A stretch of DNA of 64,000 nucleotides, taken from Bugula neritina. Lineage: Eukaryota > Animalia > Bryozoa. Every line of letters starts with the position of its first letter. Position 1 is the first letter of the stretch. Below are positions 46,701 through 58,312 of this stretch, piece after piece. The stretch covers positions 14,414,633 through 14,478,632 of the forward strand of contig OZ037769.1 in the NCBI GenBank assembly GCA_964035545.1, written 5' to 3'. The notes below the pieces were generated by a model. That model ran no database searches. It was not told where the DNA came from and worked only from the letters and a program-made list of their open reading frames with translations. A program made the translations under genes and the position numbers.

Positions 46701-49700
46701 AATACTGGTTGTTGAAATTTAGTAGTTTAAATCTAAGTGCAGAAATAGAGTAATTCAATAGCCTAAGCTTTTAAATTTTCTCACTGAAGTTTGGGTTAAA
46801 TTCTCATGCGAGCATAACTTTTTTACTGCATTTCTCATCTAGAACACAGGCTTTTCTCTACTTCCTTAGTGCTGCACTTTGCTTCTAGTTGAATCTCTAA
46901 TCACACGCTTCTCATACTTTTAGTCCCAAGTACGGAGGGAGATATTGTGCTGGGGAGAACAAGGAGTTTGACAGATGTAACATGGTGGAATGCGAAGATG
47001 GAGAAAAGGCATTCAGAGAACTGCAGTGCAGACAGTATAATGATGAGCCATTCCGTGGCAGGTACTTCAAGTGGTTTCCTGTGGACAACAGGTACTTGTC
47101 AGGTGAGTTGATGTAGGGTGCTTTCTTGTTGAGTAAACTGACAGCTGACAGGTAGGTGAGTTGACAACAGCTGCAGGTGGTTAGATATGTGCCAGAATGT
47201 GTTGGGATGTCTAAGAGAGTAGATTTGTTATCAGCTGACATAAATATAAATCATTTTCAGTAAATAGTTGTGTTGACAATTTTTTGAACTTTTAATAATT
47301 TGAGTAATTGTATAATATGATTATATATTATGTAAAAAGATTACATAATATATAATAGAATGAATTTTTAGTTTATGGTATATAGTGGGTTGTATTTTTA
47401 GTAATAATAGTACGACTAATTATGTAATATGACTACATATTTTATTGTGTTATATTTCATTATAGTATATAGCATAATGAATTTCTAGTATATGTTGTAT
47501 AGTGGGTTGTACTTTTGTTTACAGCTGTCGATAAATGCCAACTGTTCTGCCGACCTGAGAGATACAAGTTCTACTTCCAAATGAACGATCGAGTTATTGA
47601 CGGAACTCGCTGTGATTACGATAGAGACGACATCTGCATAAATGGTAAATGCCAGGTGAGGACAATTTGTGAACAATACAGTATTTTACCTGAACTAATT
47701 TCTCGTTATATGAGTTTCTTACTCGGTCTGTTTGATTTATAAAGAATTCAGTGTGTAGAACTCAGTCTATAGAACTCATGCTAAACGTTGTAGCCTGTGG
47801 GCTGTGACGGTAGACTGTGGTCTGACGCCAAGGAAGATAAATGTGGGGTCTGCAATGGAGACGACTCAACCTGCGAGACTATCAGAGGAATGTTTACGGG
47901 TCACGTGACTCCACAAAGTATGTCGACTTGTGATCATATGATTTGTATTCTTTACTCAAATTAGAATATTCACTTTTTCATCTCTAAACTCTAATCTTTT
48001 CTATGGATTATGTTTTAATTTATAGTTTATTTTACATACATTTAAAGTTTTATTTATTACGTACATTAGTATGTACATTTTGAATTTATTGATTACGTAT
48101 TGATCACTGATTTTTTTACAAATTACGGTGAGTTACATACATTTCATGTTGTATTGTATTACTATATTATAGACCTTAGTATGTTTTTTCAATTTATTGA
48201 TTACTTATTGATTATTGATTATCTTTACAGATTACACCAGTTTCCTGACGATACCAGTTGGGTCGAAAAATATTCAAATCAAAGAGATGAGATCCTCGTC
48301 TAGTTTTATTGCTATAAAGTCACACAGGAAGTACTATCTGAATGGTGATTGGTCGATGAACTGGCCGGGCGATTTCAACTTTGCAGGATCTAAGTTTACT
48401 TATAACCGACTTTACAGCGGACTGGAAACAGTCTACAGCCCGGGACCGACCAATGAGAGTCTAGAAGTACAGGTATGTGTGATGCCCTTTAAACTCAACC
48501 TTTTATTTTTCATTTAACTTTGAGAGTTGTCTTCTACATTACTAAATAGCAGCAAACACACTTTTTAAAAGGAGATATTTGTCTCCAAGAAAAAAAGCTA
48601 ACTGATTATGTTGGTGAAAGCTATAGTCCTCTGTAGCTCTATTTTTTAAAGTTGTGTCAAAATATTAGCCAATTTTTCTCCTATTAGATATGATGCTTAA
48701 CTTTTTGGTATGTTTTCATGTATTTATATTGTATTTAAACACTACTCATACTATAGTATACAGTCATATATACAGTTTGTTTATGACTTGGTATTACAGT
48801 TACTAGCTGTCGGGACCAACCCCGGCGTGCAGTACGAGTACACCGTGCCAATCGACCCTAATCAAGTTCGGTACTCTTGGAAGAGTGAGGCCTCAAAGTG
48901 TAGCGAGGAGTGCGGTGGTGGTTTCGAGGAATTATCCGCCTTCTGCGTGTCTAGTAACGAAGAAGTGGCAGATGACAGCAGGTGCTTGGCAGAGAGGAAG
49001 CCGTTAGTTGGCAGATTTAAATGTAACGTGCAGGCCTGTCCGGCCAGGTGAGTTGTTTATTGGGTTTGTGCTTGGCAACTGATCTTTAGAAGTTTGTTTT
49101 AACAGTTTTCTCTCATCTAGTCACAACAAGTTTTGTTAACGTTTAAGTTTTTTTGCTTGGAAGGTTTTTACTAGACTCTATATTGGGTTGGCTTTGTCAG
49201 AAATTTTTAAATCACAATCTTGAATTAGTACTTCCTATGTTTTGCTACGGCATTTATTTTCTATTGCAATCAACTAGCCTTTCAACTCTGGTTTCTTGTG
49301 AAATATGAATGCAAATAGCACACTTTTTAACTTCACACTTTTATTAAATAATTCAGATGGGTGCCTCAGCAATGGTCCTCCTGCTCAAGAGAGTGTGATG
49401 GAGGGAAGCAGAGGAGAGACATTTACTGTATGCAGAAGACCGATAAGGACGGAGATAAAAGAGTCAAGAACAAATACTGCAGAGGGAAGAGGCCACCTAA
49501 AACTAGAAGATGTAATCTGCAGCCGTGTCAACCTCAGTGGTCCGAGGGAACCTGGTCAGAGGTGGGTTTCTCTGGTAATGCAATGTCGTGTTATTCTATG
49601 TCTCAGTGGTCAGAAGTAATGAATCTCTATGCACAGAATTTAGCACCGCCCTTGAGTCACAATTCTACCCTGTCTTCTGTCACAGCTGTCAAACTCTAGA

Positions 49701-51519
49701 TTGCAGAATGTCTATTTTCTGAACTCAGATCTTTGTGTTAAGCTGTGAATAAATTGTATTCGTTGTTGCCCGAGTGTTGATTGGCTGAGTTCCACTCGTT
49801 GCAAATGATACTTACCAAAATTGTTCATTGATTTATTGAAAAGTTTTGCAAATATCAAGTTATTTAAAGTACATGATTAGAGGTGATATTGTGTGGTGAT
49901 GTAATGCTGCTACTACCATAATGATGGTAATGGTTTGTTTTAGTAGCCTAGTTACGTTATTTGATGTGATTGACTATTATTGCTGTATAAAATTTAATTT
50001 GCAAAAGTGCCAAATAAAATTTTAAATAACACAACAAAGGAAAACAGGCACTGAAAATAATTTCTTTCGGATTCCAAGCTGTCTTTCAGATGTTGTTTGC
50101 TAACTCTAATCGAGTTAATCCATATAGTAGAAAATTGTTTAATAATTTTACCTGTCTTTATTGATTCTTAACACAACCCAACATACTAACCAATTCATTG
50201 TTTATGGTTTTAGTGTTCTACTACTTGTGGGGCTGGAATGCAAAGGCGGGCCGTCTACTGTATGTCCCGCTCTCAGAGAAGTTCAGTCATTAGTGACAGT
50301 GAGTGTGATGCTCAGTCTAAGCCTGCTGTATATAAAAGCTGCAATGTGAGAGATTGTGCTGTAGACTGGTACATCACCGCCTGGTCTCAGGTGAGTCCCC
50401 TTCATGTTTAGTTTTCATTTAGAGTCTTTTAAATTTTTTATATTGACTAACTCACGTTAAAATTTAAAAAAAGCATTCTATTTATTACTACTTTGGTGTC
50501 ATGTTCACTAAAGTTTTTATTTCTTATTAATTTACTCACATTAACATTATTTTCTTTTATAAAATTCAATTTATTACTATGTTGGTGTGTTGAGTTTATT
50601 CAAGCTGGAATTCAAACGCAATATTTATCCAAAGTGGCCCAAACTAATTGCTTCCAGCTAAATTCTGTTGGTGCAATTGCTCTGAGACTTCATTATTCTA
50701 AAATTCTCAGCCTATAGCCTTCAAATGTGTTCCGAGAATGTATATCAAAGAACTCACTGGTTTATTTACTTGTTTAGCACATTTGTCTGTCTGTTATGTA
50801 GTGTTCTACTAGCTGCGGTCTGGGAACTCAAAGTAGACAGGTTGTGTGCGTGGACAGAGAGCCCGGCGCGAGTACCAACAAGGTGGTGGATAGTCAGCTA
50901 TGTGAACATATCGCTAGACCTTCAATTCCGTTGCTTCAGAATTGTCAGCTGACGTCGTGTCCATCATGGCAGACCGGCGTCTGGTCACAGGTATGACTAA
51001 TCTTTTGAGAAATGAAGAAAGCTTTAAATTAATGCAGAACTTTGAGAATATATACATAAATGCGGGTTGAAGTTTTGGCTTCTTAATGCAAGTTTTGTCT
51101 GTATTTCATTTGAAAATTCACAAATATTTGAAAGGCAATTTGAAGGATAAACTTGATGAGTTGATTCATTTCTATGGTTTCAGTGTTCGGCCACTTGTGG
51201 GGAAAGTGAGAGACGTAGAAAGGTGGTCTGTGCTTTACCAGACGGTAGTTTGGTGAACTCCTGCGATTACAACGACAAACCATCTGAGATCCAATCTTGC
51301 CATCAACAAGAATGTCCTACAACTCCTCCGCTCTTATCAACCACTGAAATAGATGGATGGACAACTACAATGACTGAAACTACACTACGGACTACAGAGC
51401 CAACCACCCAGTCCTGTGTAGACAGAAAGTCTTGGTGTCCCTCACTCTCAGTCTATAAATACTACTGCATGAGATCTTATTACAGAGGCGTGTGTTGTCA
51501 TACTTGCAGTCAGGTGTGA
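34797..51519 (+). CDS. ADAMTS: ADAMTS metalloprotease, ADAMTS16/18-like
   Basis: Exons 34797-34841 and 35794-35863 (signal peptide, less certain), 38238-38524, 38817-38946, 39155-39321 (RVKR furin site), 41946-42029, 42440-42593, 42766-42871 and 44235-44369 (HEIGHNLGMVHD), 45602-45761, 46189-46296 ([12 protein letters not shown]), 46469-46617 (TSP1), 46924-47102, 47525-47655, 47794-47917, 48231-48472 (spacer), 48800-49047, 49357-49561, 50214-50390, 50802-50990, 51184-51519 (five C-terminal TSP1 repeats plus PLAC). Confidence 0.9.
39385..39570 (-). mobile_element. tRNA-derived SINE, copy 3 (ADAMTS intron)
   Basis: Reverse complement of the same family: ...atgactggatgctct...aacatcacca...aacccatgac...ctagaccacggctgctc. 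Confidence 0.8.
41146..41240. repeat. 21-bp minisatellite (3-4 copies)
   Basis: Unit catcttaatttacctgcaaca. Confidence 0.8.
42262..42438. repeat. (ATTAT)n-like low-complexity tract
   Basis: Degenerate pentanucleotide repeat abutting the acceptor at 42439. Confidence 0.8.
46367..46476 (+). repeat. 28-bp x4 tandem repeat of an ADAMTS splice acceptor
   Basis: Unit actaagtgtgtgttacag|tggtgtag(gt); CAG ends at 46384, 46412, 46440, 46468. Confidence 0.9.
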
Positions 51520-51529
51520 CTGGATACCA

Positions 51530-51715
51530 CGACTCATAGTTAAGTTAATACGATGACTCATAGCTGACTCAATATGGTGACTCATAGTTGAGTTAGTATG
51601 ATGACTCATAGTTAACTCAATATGGTGACTCATAGTTGAGTTAATACGATGACTCATAGCTTACTCAATATGGTGACTCATAGTTGAGTTAGTATGATGA
51701 CTCATAGTTAACTCG
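51530..51715. repeat. 24-bp x8 minisatellite with alternating A/B units in the ADAMTS 3' UTR
   Basis: gactcatag recurs every 24 nt from 51531 to 51699. Confidence 0.9.
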
Positions 51716-53686
51716 CAGTCGTTAGTGACTCACTAGTCAGATTTGTAATTCAAATGATGTGATTCCATTCGCTTGATGCCAGGAGCCATTGACATTCCGG
51801 TGTGTCTACTCTATTTCTCTGTCTCACAGATTTCAGTCTTCGTATGGACATTGTGCAAAATACTCTTTATATTCCCTTTTCCCTGCAACCTCTTGCATAC
51901 AGTATGTCGCCTTTTTGTTCACCGGGCTTCAGAAAGTGTTTTAAATAAACTCGGACTGTGTTTTCTATTTTATGTTTTAAAGCGGTTCAAATGTGGATCT
52001 TCTATAAAATATATTTTATTGATTGAAATGCACTGAACTACAGTGATAAGTGGTTTTCATCATGGAGTCTTGTGATATGAAGAGAAACACATGCTGTGTG
52101 CGTGTGATAAGCAAGAGAAATTATTCTATGTTTTTACTTATCATATATTTCTATTCCTAAACAGTCACTAAGCTATAATATAATCATGGAAGTTATTCTT
52201 TTTTCCAATTTTGTTCATTATGAAAACATATATGTTTTTATGTTTGTTTGATTCCTCCAAAGTTTTCATGTCAGAGTTCATCAGTTGCATTTTTCCGCTG
52301 TTATATATATAGCTACTTTCAATATCACATCAAAGCCTGATATGTGATAATGTGTACAAAGTCAATATTATGCTCATAGTTAATTTAAAAATACAAAGTT
52401 TACAGTTGAAAATATAATCATGTAAAAAATTAGTACTTGCTTATGATGATATGATATTTACATAGACCCAAATATTTATTTTAATAACAATATGTTGTAC
52501 ATAGTTGACTAGTAGCTTAAATTTATTTATCTAGTCCACTGTGTGTTAGTACTATTATATTATTTTACACCTATAATTTATTGTTATCACAGTTATTACA
52601 AATAATAAATTTTAGTGAAAACTTTATAAAATATTTATTGCAGTGCAACCATTATCAGACAAAGAAAAAAATGTTAGAAAAATTATGACTAGATGTGAAA
52701 AACATCAATGTTTAAATTAAGTATGTAATACGTTGTCATCTATAATGAATACATGCATTATTATCAGTTATAGTGCTAGTCCACTTATTTTAACTGAACA
52801 TAACTTATAAACTAAATCATCTTAAGACAGGAGGGGGGAATGGCACTTCATGTCCATAACTTGATGCCTTTTATTAGTTGAAAAAATTGAAAGAGTGTTA
52901 ATTCTATTACACTATGTCCAGTTATGTGGAAATTGTCATATAATTTAGGAACTTGCCAAAGGGGATGGCTAGCATATTTCAAGCCTGCAACAAATTAGTC
53001 CACAATTGCCATATGTTGGAAAATAAAGCATAAGTAAAATACATAAAACATCATAATTGCTTCCCACTTTAATACAAGCTGTAATGTGCTTTGGTAAAAT
53101 AGGCACAACAAAGGTTATAGATATACAGATATTGAAAAAAAGTGGTGACACCATTCAGCAGGTGATTGTTCTAGTATGCCAAAACATAGGCTGCTGGTAG
53201 CAAGCACTTGCTCTAGCCTGACAGTTTATTACATGCAAATGTACTAAGAATGTCACACTGAATTTTGGTCAATGAACATTTATTTTCACATAAATTTTAT
53301 AATGTGATATGTTTTGTATTTTATTAACTTCATATTTAAGGCATTTATGATTGCTAGGAGTTGTACTCTTTTCCTTGCCATTCCCATGATTTCTGTAATG
53401 ACTCATCATACAAGTTTACAAACTGGAACTCAGGTGGGACCAGAATGGATATTCTTTAAACTTTGTCATAACTATAATATGTATTTTCATAAGACTCATT
53501 GCTAACCTGCTGCCTGGAATGATGCTGCCTTGAACACAAATGTATTTATTTGTGTTCAGAGTACATGTGGAGTTGTCCTGCTTATGTTGTATAACCTGGG
53601 TAGACAAATCCAACAAGTTCTACTAAAACTAGCAAATAAAAAGAGTTGTCAACAGTCAGCCTGACTCTGTTACACAAACTTATATA

Positions 53687-54075
53687 TACACACATGCACA
53701 CACACACACGCACACGCGCACACACACACACACACACGCACACGCACACGCACGCGCACGCACACGCACACGCACACACACACACGCACACACATACACA
53801 TACATACACACACACACACACGCACATACATACACATACATACACATACAAACACATACATACATACACATACATACACATACATACACATACATACACA
53901 TACATACATACACATACATACACATACATACACACATACACATACAAACACATACATACACATACATACACATACATACACATACATACACATACATACA
54001 CATACATACACATACATACACATACATACACATACATACACATACATACACATACATACACATACATACACATAA
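53687..54075. repeat. Compound (CA)n/(CACG)n/(CATACACATA)n microsatellite
   Basis: Directly visible. Confidence 0.95.
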
Positions 54076-54271
54076 ATCTATATACAAATTAGAAAGGGAG
54101 CGAAGATCAGGATTGACATGGCATGGAAAGACACCTTCAGTGCAGGTGTCTTGCACGTCTAGCCATAAGTCTCTCAAGGCTGTTCTCCGAGTCTAGTGCC
54201 TGTGTGATATGAACGCTAATTGCCTCAATTCAATACTAGAAAAGTTGTTGGGATTTATATAGAGGTCCTTG

Positions 54272-54333
54272 AGATCTCGCTTTAAGACATAGATATAATG
54301 GGTTTTGGCATGCGGTTTAAGTGTCCAGCCCAG

Positions 54334-54366
<33 letters not shown>

Positions 54367-54371
54367 ACTAG

Positions 54372-54424
<53 letters not shown>

Positions 54425-54493
54425 GTGTATACTGGGCTGGATGCTTAAACCCCATGCCAAAACCCCTTCTCTATGTCTTAAAGCGAGAAATCT
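54272..54493. repeat. Long inverted repeat (~60-bp arms) around a (TA)n core
   Basis: tctcgctttaagacataga...ggttttggcatg...ccagcccagta / tactgggctgg...catgccaaaacc...tctatgtcttaaagcgaga. Confidence 0.85.
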
Positions 54494-54633
54494 GGCATAT
54501 TTTAAAACATTCTCAATTATCTTTGGGGGGTGGTTTCTTCTTCAGTTTGCATAAAGAGGGTTAAGCTATTTCATTTTTGTTGACCTGTGAGTGGAGTTTC
54601 AATGTGACATTGGAAAGATATAATATAACCATG

Positions 54634-54635
<2 letters not shown>

Positions 54636-54692
<57 letters not shown>

Positions 54693-54721
54693 GTATATAT
54701 ATATATATATATGCATATATA

Positions 54722-54766
<45 letters not shown>

Positions 54767-54791
54767 GTATATATATATATGCATATATATA

Positions 54792-54842
<51 letters not shown>

Positions 54843-54930
54843 GTATATTATATAATATAACCAGTATATAATATATATCCAGCATGTAATATATATATCT
54901 AGTAGATATTATATAGTTGGTATATATAAA
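54636..54930. repeat. (TA)n microsatellite
   Basis: Directly visible. Confidence 0.95.
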
Positions 54931-57210
54931 TTGTGATTGGTCTGTGAAAAACTGGTCTCTAAACAAAGTGCTCACGAGTTTTATAAAAAGATATCAATAA
55001 TTGAATGCTAAAATTTATTAGTTGAAATGAAATATAATCACTGGTTTTGATATCCATCCATTTCAAACTTTTTGCATAGCAGGAGAAAAAGTGTGCTAGT
55101 TGTCAGAGTAATACACGTGATGACTGATGAATCAACAATGTTTTATAAAATGTGAGACAGAATAATTTAAAAAAAACACGTCGTAGAATAATTAAAATTG
55201 ACCATATGAAAGCAGTGCCAATAACATGCATAAGTTTGTCCGACTCTCTTATTCAAAGTACTAATGTACATAATCTGTTACTTTTTTAATAAGTGCAGCT
55301 AATTTGCAATGCTTAGATGATGGTCTTTAGCTGGTGGCGATTGTCTCCCATGTTACATCATATCTTATGCTTTTATCTTCAAGGTATTATATTTGTTTGC
55401 TTAGATTTGAGAAATGTTTGCAGTTACAGTGTTCAATAGTTTTAGCATGGTTATATAACTCTTAGATGTCACATTGAACCTCCTTAACAGCACTCATAGG
55501 TCAATAAAAATTAGGTAACGATCCTCTTTATGCAAATTGAAGTAGTAAAACACCCCCTAAAATAATTATTGAGAATGTTTTAAGATATGCCAGAATTGTA
55601 CCTTTCCAAGAAATAAAGAGCACTTCAATAGTGAAGCACCTATGTACTAAAAAGCCATAGGCAGCAATAGTTACAGGTGTACCGTGAATTATGAGAAGCA
55701 GGCTACCTACCCCAAAACATCAATGGGAATAAGAAAAAGAGCATGGTTTAACTCACACCAAAAGCTCACTGAGGATTAGGCTACGCTTGTATGATTGACT
55801 CAATATATGATCAAAAAAGAAACTTTCAAAACACAGTCTTCCACTTATCTATTTCCTACCTTCTACTAGCACTAAAAAATTGTACAACAGCATATAAGTC
55901 TGATCTACCTGCCTTTTAAATAGAAAAAGGTTTATACCCTGTAATATATCTACCACATCTCAGTAAAATGTTCAAGTACTAACCACACTCATATTATCTT
56001 ATTTTAAACCAATTTTAAAAGCCAGCACTCAAATTATACCAGTTCTTTTAGCGTTATAAGGATCAACTTTTAAATTAAGTAATTGAAAATGCTATTCTTT
56101 AAATGCTAAAGAGCACAAAGATACAGCTACTACTATGAATGTGTGGGCGCCAAAAATTTATTCATGCAAAAATTAGCTTAATGAAATTAAAAAGAAGTTT
56201 TAAATTTTTCGCTACTCTATTATATTTGTAGCAGTAAAACAAATACTACAGAAATTTAAGAAGTGATTATATATATGACAAATTATTTTATATTTATTAT
56301 AGATAAAATAAATGAAAAAAAATTATCTGAACTTATAAAAAAATTGTTGCAATGCATCAAAAATATATTAGAACATGTCTCGCCTAGACAATAAGTTTGA
56401 TAAGCAGAGAATAATTGCCCAAAACTGATAGCAGCATATTTAATCAAGCTGCCTTTTAGGCTAAACGCAGATAATTGTAAATGGAGCTGGAAAATATTAT
56501 TTGTTGATTGTTGTACAATAAATATTTGACCTAATTCCAGCATACGTATGCAGGACAACTATTTACTTCAAATGAATGAAGAGCTCTCAAGACGTAACCA
56601 GTGCAGCTGGTTATACTGTTATAATTTTCAAATTTAGGGTTGATGTGCTATCCAGAGAGTCTATTTATTTACTATAGAACTGCACCAGGATAAGTCGAGT
56701 GAACGAGTATATTTTACACACAATTATACATTATAAAAACGATACATTATTTCCTAACAAGTTACACATCTAATCTATTTCACACTCTAGCTTCGACTGA
56801 GTTAGCAGCGGGAAACTACAATTGCTGCTAACTATCAACTACGCTAATTGGTTATCCATTGTTCCGGGTCAATACCGCGACCCTACATGTTGTGCTGCTA
56901 GTAGTTCCACGAACCACCACACCGCCCCCACCAGCAGAAAGCCATCTTTCTGATATATATATAAAAAAAAACATTCATTGGTAACCGCATACATCAGTGG
57001 ACAAAATAATACATAATATACAGGAAGAGACATAATAATAGACAGAATCATTATAACGATCCGTTGCATACAATTGGCCAGCTGTAGATAGACAAGGAAT
57101 ACTAGCTAGCTGTGGTGTTAGACAGGGGATAACCTGTTAAGCAGTCAAACATTTACATGACATCTTGGCTTCTCCCAAGAGGCGGAGTTGGAGTACTCCG
57201 GGTAGTCTAA

Positions 57211-57998
57211 CTAGAGTCCTTGTTGGGCACGCCGGTGCTTGGCTTGGCATGTACACAGTTTCCGTTTCATACGGCATACGGATCCTTTTAGCTGGAAGAG
57301 TCCTGTTGTAGTGTTAAGTAGATCTGGTGCCAGCTGGGTGAACTCTTCTTGTAATCGTAGGAGGCGTTCTTCTACTGTGGCTAGGCGTACTGGGTCTGGG
57401 GACGGTGTCCGTCTGCGGCGCAAGGGTGGACTGGGGGACCTGGTTCGTCTCTTCGTCGGGGTAGGGGAGATCTCTCCTTCTTCTGGATATGTAGTTTCTT
57501 CGGGGGTGTATGTAATTTGAGGGCGGTCAGACACCAACGGGGATTGTTGGCGGGCGTTGTCTAACACACGTTGGAACCCCGAGGACAGAACGGCTAATAG
57601 CATGGCCTTCTTCACCAGAGGTCGTATAAGTGTGAGGAACTCCGGGTATAGCTTAGCGTCGACCACGTAGTTTTCTCCAGGGAAACAGCCCGCCGCTCGG
57701 TGTCTGGTGACGGGGTAGGGATACACATCATTGTACCCGCAGGGGCAGAATGTTAGTAGGAGATGAGCATTGACGTGTAGTTTAAGGGAGCGGTGAGAGG
57801 CGCAATCTTCACCACAGATCTGGCATCTCGTCCGTCCTCTGAACCCCCAGGCCGTTTCTATTTCTTTCTCTGTTTGTGGAGACACCCACCGCGAACGGCG
57901 GCGTAGTGGCTCAGGTCGGTCACCACTAGCATACTCCTCCGGATACGGAGCGGGAAGTGTTCTATCCCGTACCCTGGTTGTAGCGGGTCGAGTGTAAT
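57211..57998 (-). CDS. Gypsy ORF3 main exon, copy 2 (intact)
   Basis: Same length and zinc-finger Cys/His ligands as 8968-9755; TTTTTCAG acceptor retained at 57999. Confidence 0.75.
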
Positions 57999-58312
57999 CT
58001 GAAAAAGTTTCAACAGTTTTAATACAGTACACTGCTGTGTTGTCAGCTTGAACAGCTTGGCAACTCCTAATTCAGTTACCTCGTAGAGATTAATGGTAGT
58101 GAATAGTCAGATAGAACACGTATTGCAATGAGATTATAAAAATCTCTAAGTCAAACTGAGTTCTTACTACGGTATTTCACTAACCTATCTCCAGCTCGAT
58201 TGACTCAGTGAGTCAGAGCTGAGCGATGCAATCTAGTTTCGTATTAAGATATAGTTAACTCACCCCACGATCTGTTGTCGTAAGACATACTGAATGTGTG
58301 AAATGGTTTGAA

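Noticed and set aside
53582-54975. His/Thr-, Cys/Val- and Tyr/Ile-rich ORFs
   Set aside because: Translations of CA and TA microsatellites.
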